A stretch of DNA of 64,000 bases, taken from assembly GCA_902613185.1 (NCBI GenBank), contig CACMGP010000002.1, positions 35,378 to 99,377 of the forward strand, given 5' to 3'. Source of the stretch: an uncultured Alphaproteobacteria bacterium (GTDB lineage: Bacteria > Pseudomonadota > Alphaproteobacteria > HIMB59). Both the position numbers and the translations under genes were made by a program. The notes beneath the pieces were generated by a model, which did no database searches, was not told where the DNA came from, and was given only the letters and a program-made list of their open reading frames with translations. Shown piece after piece: positions 37,943 to 48,127 of the stretch (positions are counted from its first letter, which is position 1; every line of letters begins with the position of its first letter).

Positions 37943-39033
37943 GAATTTATTAAATGATTATAAATGTCCAAAGTTTTTCTGCACATAAGATCAGATGAGT
38001 AATTTTTTTCTACATAAGATCTTCCGTTTTTTGATATTTCTTTATAATTTTTTAAAGCATATTTAAAAGTTTTTTGGAATGATTTAAAAGAATTAACATC
38101 AAATAACAAATTTTTATTAAATTTAAGAAGTTGCTCTTTAGTACCACCTTGATTAGGCGCTATAACAACTTTAGATACGGATAATGCCTCAGAAACAGTT
38201 CTACCAAACCCTTCGGGTCTCTTAGAGATATTTACAACCAAGTATGCCCCTTGATACAGTTTTTTTACATCTAATGTAGGTTTATGAATTATAATTTTTT
38301 TTGATATATTTAATTTATTAATTAGTAATTGTATTTTTTTTTCTTCTTTACTTTTATTTAAAGATACAATGTGAATATTGAATGTGTCTTTGTGCTTTTG
38401 CTGCAATAATGAGAAGTAATTTAGTAATAATTCATGCCCTTTCCAACTTGAAATCCTCGAGGGTATGAAAATACTTTTACTAACAAGTTTTTTTCTCGAT
38501 GGTGAAAAGTAATTTGTATCTACGCCCCTTGGAATAACATGTAGTTTATTTTTATCATTAAATTTATGCTCATATGTTTTTTTGACAAAATTTGAGTTAA
38601 AAATTATAGCATCGCCCTTCAATAAAAAACTGTTATACCAATCTTTTAAAAATGATTTTGACTCATATTTGTTGTGAACACTTGTAACAACTTTTATATT
38701 TAAATTTTTAATATATTTAATAAGAAAAAAAGCTGGTGCTCTTGAAGAGATATGAACTAAATTTATTCTTTTTTTTTTTATTAATTGTTGTATTTGCATT
38801 TTGATTTTGTTTTGATCGAAAATGTTTTTAAATTTTAAATTGTCTAATTTTATTATTTTTAGACCTTTAATTTTTAAATTTTTGTTGCTGCTTTCACATA
38901 AAATATAGTTATCAATTTTTTTTTTATTAAGGTAATTTGCAATATCTCTCACACCAGTCTCAATACCTCCAATACCCATGGTTGGAATAATTTGTAAACA
39001 AGTTATTTTTTTTGTATTTTTAATCTGTGTCAA
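37939..39033 (-). CDS. Glycosyltransferase family 4
   Basis: GGIETG, SSRAPA, IPRGVD, SRISSWKGH and EGFGR..SEA motifs. Start codon uncertain (TTG). Confidence 0.88.
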   Translation of the reverse strand: MTQIKNTKKITCLQIIPTMGIGGIETGVRDIANYLNKKKIDNYILCESSNKNLKIKGLKIIKLDNLKFKNIFDQNKIKMQIQQLIKKKRINLVHISSRAPAFFLIKYIKNLNIKVVTSVHNKYESKSFLKDWYNSFLLKGDAIIFNSNFVKKTYEHKFNDKNKLHVIPRGVDTNYFSPSRKKLVSKSIFIPSRISSWKGHELLLNYFSLLQQKHKDTFNIHIVSLNKSKEEKKIQLLINKLNISKKIIIHKPTLDVKKLYQGAYLVVNISKRPEGFGRTVSEALSVSKVVIAPNQGGTKEQLLKFNKNLLFDVNSFKSFQKTFKYALKNYKEISKNGRSYVEKNYSSDLMCRKTLDIYNHLINS

Positions 39034-39752
39034 AACTAAGCTTTTATAAAAAAGATGATGTTAAAATATCTTATAGATATTACAAAAGAAGTAAAAAAAC
39101 TCTGATTTTTTTACATGGTTTATTATCGGATAAGGATGGTAAAAAGTCTAATTTTTTAAATAATTATTGCAAAAAAAATAAAATTTCATATTTGTGTTTC
39201 GACTTTCAAGGGCATGGTAGATCTAGTGGTAAATTCACTAACTTTGGTATTAGTGATTGGTATAATAATCTAGTCAATATTATAACATACTTAAAAATAA
39301 AGAATTTCATTCTGGTTGGCAGTAGTATGGGTGGATGGGTTGCGATCATATATGCTTTGATACATCCAAGCAAAGTTACAAAACTTATAGGTATTGCCCC
39401 TGCACCAGATTTTACTACAAAGTTAATTTGGAAAAATTTTAATATTCATCAAAAAAATAAAATTAAAAACAATAAGATCGTAAAACAAAAAGTTAGTTCT
39501 GATTTTGCGTATTATTATTCTCCCGCACTATTTAAAAGAAGTAAAAAATATCTTATTAAAAATATTAAGGGTAATTTTTCAGGTGAAACTATTTTCCTTC
39601 ATGGGGGACAAGACAAAGCTGTTCCATATGGATATAATGATAGTTTCAATTTTAATAAAAAATTTAAAAACTTTAAAAATATTTACATTAAACATGCAGA
39701 TCATAGTCTATCTGATAAAGATAGTTTAATAACCCTATCTAAATTTATTTAA
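39027..39752 (+). CDS. Alpha/beta hydrolase
   Basis: FLHGLLSD, FDFQGHG, GSSMGG nucleophile elbow, IAPAPDFT and DHSL motifs; GTG start. Confidence 0.88.
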   Translation: MSKLSFYKKDDVKISYRYYKRSKKTLIFLHGLLSDKDGKKSNFLNNYCKKNKISYLCFDFQGHGRSSGKFTNFGISDWYNNLVNIITYLKIKNFILVGSSMGGWVAIIYALIHPSKVTKLIGIAPAPDFTTKLIWKNFNIHQKNKIKNNKIVKQKVSSDFAYYYSPALFKRSKKYLIKNIKGNFSGETIFLHGGQDKAVPYGYNDSFNFNKKFKNFKNIYIKHADHSLSDKDSLITLSKFI

Positions 39753-42700
39753 GCAATTTTTGATTTTTTTGTAACTGGAAATTCTAATTTATCAATCACT
39801 TCATTAGGAACGACGTGAGCAAATTTTTTTATCTCAGATTCATAATTTTCAATAATAAACTCAGCTCTCTTTGATTTAGTCTCTTTGTAGAAATCTTTTA
39901 AAAGATCTAGAAGATGGTTTTTCCAATCTTTGTTATCTATTTCATAAAGCCCTATCGTTTCCATGTTCATCAAATCAGAAATATTCTTTTGTTCAGAATA
40001 AATAAATGCAGAACCACCAGTCATCCCAGCACCAAAGTTATCACCAACATCTCCTAAAATAATTGCAGAACCACCTGTCATATACTCACAGCCATTAGCA
40101 CCACATCCTTCGACAATTGCTAGTGCACCTGAGTTTCTGACACAAAATCTATCCCCTGCTTGGCCAGAGGCATATAACCTTCCATCAGTAGCTCCATAAA
40201 GGGTGACATTTCCAATGATTACATTTTCATGACTAGGTTGAGTAAATGAGTTTCTTGGCTGAACGATAATCTTTCCTCCAGAGAGACCTTTGCCTACATA
40301 GTCATTCGCATCGCCAAACACTTTTAAAGTAAGACCCTTGACGGCGAATGCTCCTAAGGACTGACCAGCTGAGCCTCTTAGTTTTAGAGTGACATGATCT
40401 TCAGATAAGGTATTCATTCCATATTTTCTTGTAATTATAGATGAAATTTTAGTTCCTATTGTTCGTAATGTATTTTGTATATTGTATGTTAATTCAATTT
40501 TTTGACCTGAGTTAATAAAGTCTTTTCCATCTTTTTCGAACTGATCATCAAGTGTTTTTGGTACGTCGTTTCGTTTTTTTATAGAATGGTAATCATAAAT
40601 TTTACCATCATCGATCTTTGTTAATATAGGATTTAAGTCAAGATTATCTAAATCACTAGATCCATAATGAATTTGAGATAATAATTCTGTTTTACCAATA
40701 ATATCCTTTAAGGATTTGTAACCTAAAGATGCCAGAATTTCTCTGACTTCTTCGGCAATAAATGAAAACAAATTTACAACTTTTTCAGGAGTACCTCCAA
40801 ATTTTTCACGAAGTTTTTCGTCTTGGGTACATACACCGACTGGACAAGTATTTGAGTGACATTGTCTGACCATAATACATCCCATAGCAACTAATGAAGC
40901 TGTACCAATTCCGTATTCCTCAGCTCCTAATATTGCAGCAATAACAATATCTTTTCCTGTTTTGATACCTCCGTCTGTTCTAAGAAGAACTTTGTCTCTC
41001 AAACCATTTAAAGCTAAAATTTGGTGAACCTCACTTATTCCCAATTCCCATGGAAGGCCAACATACTTAATACTTGACTGAGGACTTGCCCCTGTACCGC
41101 CTGAGTGTCCTGAAACTAAAATTACATCAGCTTTGGCCTTTGCAACACCAGCAGCAACAGTTCCTATTCCTGATTGCGCGACTAGTTTTACACAAACCTT
41201 TGCAGTTGGATTGATTTGTTTTAAATCGTAAATAAGTTGAGCAAGATCCTCTATAGAATAAATATCATGATGTGGCGGGGGGCTAATAAGCGTTACACCT
41301 TTTGTACTATGTCTTAATTTAGCTATTAAATCAGTAACCTTAAAACCAGGTAATTGACCACCCTCTCCAGGCTTAGCACCTTGGGCTATTTTAATTTCTA
41401 ATTCTGAACAGTTATTCAAATATTCTGCGGTCACACCAAATCTTCCGCTTGCAACTTGTTTAATTGCTGAACTTGGATTATCACCATTTTTTAATTTGGA
41501 ATATCTTCTTGCATCCTCTCCTCCTTCTCCGCTATCTGACTTTGAACCTATTCTGTTCATTGCAATAGCTAATGTCTCATGAGCCTCAGGGCTAAGAGCA
41601 CCAAGTGAAATTCCAGGGGATACAAAGCTTTTTCTTATTTCAGAAATACTCTCTACATTATCTAAATTTAGAGAATTGCTACTTTCATTAAATTGAAGTA
41701 AATCCCTTATTTGAATTGGTTTGGAGCTATAAATTCTTGAAGTATATTTTTTATAAAGGTTATATGAGTCTCTGGTTACAGCTTCTTGAAGCATATGTAT
41801 TGAAACACCCTCATAAGCGTGTGCTTCGCTATTAGCTCTGAATCTATACTCACCACCTATATCTAAAATTACATTATCAGATTTAAATGATACCTCATGC
41901 TGTCGCCTTACTCTTTTTTCTAAACCGTCTAATCCGATACCAGAAATTCTAGAAGACATTCCTGGAAAAAAACTCTCAACCATGCTTCTACTTAAGCCAA
42001 TTATTTCAAAATTTCTTCCACCGCGATATGAACTAATTACTGAAATTCCCATTTTACTGATAATTTTTCTTAGTCCTTTCTCTATAGATTTTTTAAAGTT
42101 TTTAATTAGTTGAGGATAATCAGTATTCTGATAAATATTTTTTTTATACCTATTTGAAATGAGTTTTTCCACTAAAGAGGCATTAACAGTAGTAGCACCA
42201 ACACCAATAAGTACTGCAAAGTAGTGTACGTCAAGACACTCTCTAGAAGAAACGTTTAAAGAAGTAAAAGTCCTTAAATTATTTTTTATTAAATAACTAT
42301 GTACAGCACTAGTTGCAAGTATCATTGGTAAAGCTATTCTTTCTTTATTAATATTATTATCAGTAATAATTAGATGTTGAGAACCAGACCTAACTGCCTG
42401 TTCAGCCTCAGAACATATTCTTTGGATTTCATTTAAGAAGTTAGTCTCTTCATTTAATTTATAAGTACAGTCAATCTCTGTTGTATGCTTTGATAAATGA
42501 CTTTTTAATGTCTCCAGTTCATTATCTAATAATAAAGGGCTCTCTAGAAGTACCAAATTACATTGTTCAGAGTCTTCTTCTACAATATTTCCAAGGTTTC
42601 CAAGCCTAGTTTTTAAACTCATTACAACTTGTTCCCTCAGGCTATCAATTGGAGGGTTTGTTACTTGAGCAAAATTTTGTTTAAAGAAACTATGAAGACC

Positions 42701-44263
42701 TCGGTATCTTTCAGTGAGCACACTTAAGGGTGCGTCGTCTCCCATTGATCCAATAGCCTCTTGTCCTGTTTTAACCATAGGATCTAAAATTAAATCAAGA
42801 GTTTCTAATGTTAAATTAAATGATTTTGCAATTTGAAAAACATTTTCTTCATCCTCTGGTGATGGTTCGTAAATTTTGTCATTAGATAAGATGTTATCTA
42901 ACTTTATAGTTTTTTGATTCCAATCTGAGTAATTATTACGTTTACTAAGTAATTCTTTTAACTCAAAGCTCTCATAAAACTTATTCTCTTTATAATTGAC
43001 TGCTATAAGTTCACCAGGCCCAACTCTGCCTTTTTTTGTAATATTTTTCTCATCTATATTAATCATTCCAACTTCAGACCCTGAAATTAGTAAGTCGTCA
43101 TCAGTTAGTATGTATCGAAGAGGTCTTAACCCGTTTCTGTCCATGCCGGAAATTATCCAATCTCCAAAATTTCCGCAGACAGCTGCAGGCCCGTCCCATG
43201 GCTCAATGACAGCGTTACAATAAGCGTACATGGCCTTTAATTGATCAGATAAATCAGATCGATTAGACCAAGACTCAGGAATTATCATTGATTTTGCCAT
43301 CGGCAAGTCCCTATCAGTTTGAACAAACAGTTCAAAAGCAGCATCAAGCGAAGCAGAGTCAGAGGCATCTGGATCGAGTATCGGTTTCAAATCGTTAATT
43401 CTCTCGTTAAAAAAGGGGTGTGTAATTCTTGGTTCGTGTGCACTCATCCAATTTATATTTCCCTTTAGAGTATTAATTTCACCGTTATGAGCTAAAACTC
43501 GAAATGGTTGCGCCAAGGACCATGTAGGAAATGTGTTGGTAGAATATCTTTGATGGTAAATGGCAAATTTAGATGTAAATTCATTATCAAGCAAATCTGG
43601 ATAAAACTCTGATAACTGTTCAGCTAAAAACATACCTTTATAAACAATTGTTTGTGTCGATAAAGAGCAAACATAAAAATCATTTATACTCTGTGCTTTA
43701 ATCTTGTTCTCTATCCTTTTTCTTGTTAAGTAAAGTTTCTTTTCGATATCAGGTGTTTTTTCTTTAGGTGAGAAAATTATTTGTTCAATTTCTGGTTTAG
43801 TATAGTTTGCTTTTTCACCAATGATTTCTGTATTAACAGGAACCTGTCTCCATCCGAACAGATTCATTCCAGATTTTATTATTTCATATTCAACGATAGC
43901 TCTGCATTTTTCTTGGGCTCCAAAATCTCTTTTAGGAAGAAAAATCATGCCCACACCTAACACAGAGTCTTTAGTTGTTCTGTGACCCATTTTTAAAACT
44001 TGTTTGCTGAAAAAAGAGTTTGAAACCTCTAACATAATACCAGCACCATCTCCAGTTTTGCCATCAGCATCGACCGCACCTCTATGGAATACTGCCTTAA
44101 GTGCCTCAACTCCTTTTTCGACTATATCTCTTCTTGACTCACCACTTATTGAGGCAACTAAACCTACACCACAATTATCATGTTCATATTTTTCATTATA
44201 GACGTAATTATCCTTTAGTTTTTGTCTATTTATTTTGAAAATTTCTAATGGATTATCTTTCAT
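39749..44263 (-). CDS. gltB: Glutamate synthase large subunit
   Basis: HDNCGVG, HRGA, HQRYSTNT, AHNGEINT, SDSGEGG, QGAKPGEGGQLPG and GCEYMTGG motifs. Confidence 0.97.
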   Translation of the reverse strand: MKDNPLEIFKINRQKLKDNYVYNEKYEHDNCGVGLVASISGESRRDIVEKGVEALKAVFHRGAVDADGKTGDGAGIMLEVSNSFFSKQVLKMGHRTTKDSVLGVGMIFLPKRDFGAQEKCRAIVEYEIIKSGMNLFGWRQVPVNTEIIGEKANYTKPEIEQIIFSPKEKTPDIEKKLYLTRKRIENKIKAQSINDFYVCSLSTQTIVYKGMFLAEQLSEFYPDLLDNEFTSKFAIYHQRYSTNTFPTWSLAQPFRVLAHNGEINTLKGNINWMSAHEPRITHPFFNERINDLKPILDPDASDSASLDAAFELFVQTDRDLPMAKSMIIPESWSNRSDLSDQLKAMYAYCNAVIEPWDGPAAVCGNFGDWIISGMDRNGLRPLRYILTDDDLLISGSEVGMINIDEKNITKKGRVGPGELIAVNYKENKFYESFELKELLSKRNNYSDWNQKTIKLDNILSNDKIYEPSPEDEENVFQIAKSFNLTLETLDLILDPMVKTGQEAIGSMGDDAPLSVLTERYRGLHSFFKQNFAQVTNPPIDSLREQVVMSLKTRLGNLGNIVEEDSEQCNLVLLESPLLLDNELETLKSHLSKHTTEIDCTYKLNEETNFLNEIQRICSEAEQAVRSGSQHLIITDNNINKERIALPMILATSAVHSYLIKNNLRTFTSLNVSSRECLDVHYFAVLIGVGATTVNASLVEKLISNRYKKNIYQNTDYPQLIKNFKKSIEKGLRKIISKMGISVISSYRGGRNFEIIGLSRSMVESFFPGMSSRISGIGLDGLEKRVRRQHEVSFKSDNVILDIGGEYRFRANSEAHAYEGVSIHMLQEAVTRDSYNLYKKYTSRIYSSKPIQIRDLLQFNESSNSLNLDNVESISEIRKSFVSPGISLGALSPEAHETLAIAMNRIGSKSDSGEGGEDARRYSKLKNGDNPSSAIKQVASGRFGVTAEYLNNCSELEIKIAQGAKPGEGGQLPGFKVTDLIAKLRHSTKGVTLISPPPHHDIYSIEDLAQLIYDLKQINPTAKVCVKLVAQSGIGTVAAGVAKAKADVILVSGHSGGTGASPQSSIKYVGLPWELGISEVHQILALNGLRDKVLLRTDGGIKTGKDIVIAAILGAEEYGIGTASLVAMGCIMVRQCHSNTCPVGVCTQDEKLREKFGGTPEKVVNLFSFIAEEVREILASLGYKSLKDIIGKTELLSQIHYGSSDLDNLDLNPILTKIDDGKIYDYHSIKKRNDVPKTLDDQFEKDGKDFINSGQKIELTYNIQNTLRTIGTKISSIITRKYGMNTLSEDHVTLKLRGSAGQSLGAFAVKGLTLKVFGDANDYVGKGLSGGKIIVQPRNSFTQPSHENVIIGNVTLYGATDGRLYASGQAGDRFCVRNSGALAIVEGCGANGCEYMTGGSAIILGDVGDNFGAGMTGGSAFIYSEQKNISDLMNMETIGLYEIDNKDWKNHLLDLLKDFYKETKSKRAEFIIENYESEIKKFAHVVPNEVIDKLEFPVTKKSKIA

Positions 44264-45672
44264 GATGCTTTTTTAATTTTCGAATTCTGTAAAAAATTAT
44301 GAATAGATTTTGCAACTTCTCGACCATCATGTATCGCCCAAACAACTAGAGAAGCACCTCTAACAATATCCCCTGCAGCAAAAATCTTTGGATTGCTAGT
44401 TTGAAACTTTTTAAAATCAACTTTAACTGTTTTCCAACTAGTTAATTCAATATTTGTTTTGAAATTATGGTTCAAATCTTCGGGCTCAAAACCTAGAGCT
44501 TGAATAATTAAGTCACTTTTTATTTGTTTTTCAACACCTGTATCAACTGGTTTTCTTCTTCCACTTTCGTCAACCTCACCTAAAGTAGCAATTTTATATG
44601 TCATACTTGTTGCAGTGGAATTATCACTAATTATCTTGGATGGAACAGATAACCAATTAAATTTAATACCCTCTTGCTCTGCATTTAACACCTCTCTTGC
44701 TGACCCAGGCATGTTTTCTTTGTTTCTTCTATACAGACACGTAACCTCTTTAGCTTGCTGTCTAATAGCTGTTCTAACGCAATCCATAGCTGTATCACCT
44801 CCGCCAATGACAACTACATGTTTATTTTTTGCTGAGAGGAATTTGTTATTTGAAGGATTGTCACCTAAACCGGTTCTGTTACTCTCAATTAAAAAATCTA
44901 AAGCAGGAATGCTATTGTTTATTGATGTAGTATTAATGTCTAGTTGTCTTGCTTTATATACTCCAGTTGCAATTAATATTGCGTCGTAGTCTTTTTCTAA
45001 ATCTTGAAATGAAATATTTTTTCCAACTTCCATATTTAAATTAAATTTTACACCACTTTCTGTAAGCCACTCTGTTCTTCTCTCAACAATTTTTTTATCT
45101 AATTTAAAATTAGGTATGCCATAAATCATCAAACCCCCAGCTCGGTCATTTTTTTCATAGATATCTACTTGATATCCATTTTGAATTAAATAGGCTGAAG
45201 CAGCCATTCCTGCAGGGCCCGATCCTATTATTGCAACTTTCTGCTTGTATTGATTTTGTGATGATAGATTTTTAACCCATCCTTTTTCCCATGCTATTTC
45301 TGTTAGGTATTTTTCTAAATTACCAATTGTAATTGCTCCAAATCCTGCTTGTTCGACAACACAATTACCCTCACACAAACGATCTTGAGGACAAACTCTT
45401 CCACATACCTCTGGAAATGCATTTGTAGATGCAGATACTTGATAAGCTTCCTCTAATCGGCCTTCTGCAATATAGCGTAGCCAATCTGGTATATTATTGT
45501 TTAAAGGACAATGAATTTGACAATATGGGATTCCGCATTGAGAGCATCTTGATGACTGCTCAATAGAATCATTTTTATCAAACTGACTATAAATCTCCTG
45601 AAAATCCTTTATTCTTTTTTCAGGTTCAGTTTTTGAGGGATTCTTAGATTTTTTTTTGTGAAACTCTAACAT
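44260..45672 (-). CDS. gltD: Glutamate synthase small subunit
   Basis: RCSQCG.PYC..HCP, GRVCPQDRLCEG, IGSGPAG and GGGDTAMDC motifs. Confidence 0.96.
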   Translation of the reverse strand: MLEFHKKKSKNPSKTEPEKRIKDFQEIYSQFDKNDSIEQSSRCSQCGIPYCQIHCPLNNNIPDWLRYIAEGRLEEAYQVSASTNAFPEVCGRVCPQDRLCEGNCVVEQAGFGAITIGNLEKYLTEIAWEKGWVKNLSSQNQYKQKVAIIGSGPAGMAASAYLIQNGYQVDIYEKNDRAGGLMIYGIPNFKLDKKIVERRTEWLTESGVKFNLNMEVGKNISFQDLEKDYDAILIATGVYKARQLDINTTSINNSIPALDFLIESNRTGLGDNPSNNKFLSAKNKHVVVIGGGDTAMDCVRTAIRQQAKEVTCLYRRNKENMPGSAREVLNAEQEGIKFNWLSVPSKIISDNSTATSMTYKIATLGEVDESGRRKPVDTGVEKQIKSDLIIQALGFEPEDLNHNFKTNIELTSWKTVKVDFKKFQTSNPKIFAAGDIVRGASLVVWAIHDGREVAKSIHNFLQNSKIKKAS

Positions 45673-45766
45673 GATAATAAAATATTACTTTATTCTCCTA
45701 CAAATAAATGGACTGTATTAATACAAAGGTTTATCAGTTAAGTAAACCCATAAATGATAATAAATT

Positions 45767-46522
45767 ATGACTGATAGTAGTATTTTTTATATTTTTTATG
45801 GCTTAATTCAGGGAATTACTGAATTTATCCCCATTAGCTCCAGTGGGCATCTTAATATCTTAGAAATCTTCTTTAAAAGCTTAGAATCTAGAAATTATCT
45901 ATATGAAACATCAGCACACTTTGCATCTTTATTAGCTTTATTATTATATTTATTCGCAAACAAATATTTTTCAAAATCAAATATCAAAGCTTACTGGAAA
46001 ATATTAACCTATGCGACCATACCTGCAATTCTTGTCGGTTTAATACTCAGATTTTACGACGTAAGTTATATTAGTTTAGAGCTAATTGGATACACTTCGA
46101 TTACTGGAGCAATCTTACTCTATGCATCAGATAAAGCAAAAAAATTTAAGTTAGAAATCAAAAATAAAAACACAAAATTTATTTTAGCTGGATTTTTTCA
46201 ATGTCTTGCTTTTTTACCAGGTTTCAGTAGAGCAGGAAGTTGTATAATTGCATTCAGACTATTTGGAGAAAGCAGAAAATATTCATCTATTTATAGTTTA
46301 TATATGGGTATACCTATAATTTGTTTATCTTTTTTTTCAAATATTAAAGAATTTGAAAATTTTATTGTAGATAAAAATATATCTTTAATATTTATTACTA
46401 CGTTTTTTGCAGCATATTTTACAATAACTGTATTTATTAAAGTTATAAATAAAATTGGCTTTACACCTTTCGTGATTTATAGAATTTTACTAGGTTTAAT
46501 TTTATTAATTTATTTATCTTAA
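45767..46522 (+). CDS. uppP: Undecaprenyl-diphosphate phosphatase
   Basis: QGITEFIPISSSGH and PGFSRAG motifs; multi-TM. Confidence 0.92.
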   Translation: MTDSSIFYIFYGLIQGITEFIPISSSGHLNILEIFFKSLESRNYLYETSAHFASLLALLLYLFANKYFSKSNIKAYWKILTYATIPAILVGLILRFYDVSYISLELIGYTSITGAILLYASDKAKKFKLEIKNKNTKFILAGFFQCLAFLPGFSRAGSCIIAFRLFGESRKYSSIYSLYMGIPIICLSFFSNIKEFENFIVDKNISLIFITTFFAAYFTITVFIKVINKIGFTPFVIYRILLGLILLIYLS

Positions 46523-47452
46523 TTAAACTTTATCGATAAACTTTTTTAGATATTCTGAGGTGATAACCTTCATATCTGATAAATCTTGTTTCAATATTTC
46601 AGTTACTAATTTTTGACTTCCCTTTGAGATACTATCATGAGAAAGAGTCACATATTGATCATATGTGAATAAAGGTTTTGGAAATTTTTCTAATAATTTA
46701 CCTTGAACAATAGCCAAAAAAGAAGGTATATAAAAATATCTCTCTTTTTTTTTCAAAGAAAAAAATATATGACTTAAAATTTCTTTAAATGTAAATATTT
46801 CATTACCTACTGCAGCAATATTAGAGTTTTTGTAATTTTCAAAATTATTTAACAAATTAAAAATTAAAAGAGATAAGTCATTGACATAAATTGGCTGAAA
46901 TTTAGTCATTCCGTTTTTAATTAGAGGTAAGAATGGTAAAATTTTAGCCATCTTTCCAAATAAATTGAAAAAATTATCTTCTTCACCGTAAACAGTACTT
47001 GGCCTAATTATAATATGATTAGTATTGTTGTTTTCTATGAATTCCTCACCCATTTTTTTGCTAATTAGATAATTTGATTTTGTTTGAAAAGTAGAACCTA
47101 AACCAGAGACATGAAGAAAAGGTTTTTTGTATAATTCACAATAATTAGCGATTTTTTTTGGTAATAAATAATGAACAAGTTCAAATGATAAATTATTTTT
47201 TTCAAATAAAATGCCAATCAAATTAATTACTAAGTCTGAATTTGCAATTAAGCTTTTAATTTTATCTAAATTATGAATATCAAATTCTATTATTTCTATC
47301 TGCCCAATATCTCCTGAAAGTATATTTCTTTTTACTCTACTAGCATTTCTTACAGGACATATTAATTTGCCTCCATTTTGTAATAGTCTTTTCGTTAAAC
47401 TTCTTCCTATAAAGCCTGTGGATCCAAACACTAAGATATTTTTGTTTTTCAT
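46523..47452 (-). CDS. NAD(P)-dependent epimerase/dehydratase, complex I NDUFA9-like
   Basis: VFGSTGFIG, VINLIGIL, IRPSTVYG.ED.FFN and FQPIYV.D motifs. Confidence 0.88.
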   Translation of the reverse strand: MKNKNILVFGSTGFIGRSLTKRLLQNGGKLICPVRNASRVKRNILSGDIGQIEIIEFDIHNLDKIKSLIANSDLVINLIGILFEKNNLSFELVHYLLPKKIANYCELYKKPFLHVSGLGSTFQTKSNYLISKKMGEEFIENNNTNHIIIRPSTVYGEEDNFFNLFGKMAKILPFLPLIKNGMTKFQPIYVNDLSLLIFNLLNNFENYKNSNIAAVGNEIFTFKEILSHIFFSLKKKERYFYIPSFLAIVQGKLLEKFPKPLFTYDQYVTLSHDSISKGSQKLVTEILKQDLSDMKVITSEYLKKFIDKV

Positions 47453-47487
47453 TGTGATATCTATCTTATATAAATATATGTTCTACA

Positions 47488-48120
47488 ATGTCAAACTATC
47501 AATTATTTCAAAATGATCTCCCAAGTAAGATACTAAAATCTTTTAAAGGCGATGTTTCTATTGATACTGAAACATTGGGTTTAAATATCAAAAGAGATAG
47601 GCTCTGTCTTATTCAATTGAGAAATGAAACCGATAAAAAAGTGTATCTGATTAAATTTGAAGAGGACTTATCTCCAAAATTTTCGAAAAATATAAAGATA
47701 TTACTAGAAAATAATAATCTCACAAAAATTTTTCATTTTGGAAGATTTGATATGGCAGTTTTAAAAGAAAATTTAAAAATAAATGTTAAAAATGTTTTTT
47801 GTACTAAAGTGGCATCAAAATTAACACGAACTTACTCTTCAAAGCACGGGCTTAAAGATCTTGTCAATGAAATATTAGATATACAATTAGATAAAACAGA
47901 ACAGTCTTCAGATTGGAGTAAGAAAAAGCTTACTAAAAAGCAAATTGAATATGCAATGAATGATGTCTTGTACTTGTCAGAAATTAAAAATTCACTTAAT
48001 AATAAATTGGTTAATCAAAAGAGATTAAAATTGTTCAAATCAATTATGAAATTTATGGAAATAAGAGTTGATTTAGATTTACAAGGATGGGAGGGAATAG
48101 ATATCTTTGCGCATAAGTAA
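47488..48120 (+). CDS. rnd: Ribonuclease D (short alphaproteobacterial type)
   Basis: IDTETLGL..RDRLCLIQ, FHFGRFD, CTKVASKL.RTY and EQSSDW motifs. Confidence 0.9.
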   Translation: MSNYQLFQNDLPSKILKSFKGDVSIDTETLGLNIKRDRLCLIQLRNETDKKVYLIKFEEDLSPKFSKNIKILLENNNLTKIFHFGRFDMAVLKENLKINVKNVFCTKVASKLTRTYSSKHGLKDLVNEILDIQLDKTEQSSDWSKKKLTKKQIEYAMNDVLYLSEIKNSLNNKLVNQKRLKLFKSIMKFMEIRVDLDLQGWEGIDIFAHK

Positions 48121-48127
48121 TTTAAAA

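Noticed and set aside
44615-44989. 124-aa ORF antisense to gltD, and the other short antisense or out-of-frame track ORFs (e.g. 1019, 1968, 5204, 6169, 12532, 12764, 13480, 18213, 19075, 21359, 23367, 26523, 30048, 33541, 36348, 39505, 42996, 44004, 50996, 51341, 53275, 56764, 60550, 63225)
   Set aside because: Nested in well-supported genes, with no recognisable motifs or initiation signals.
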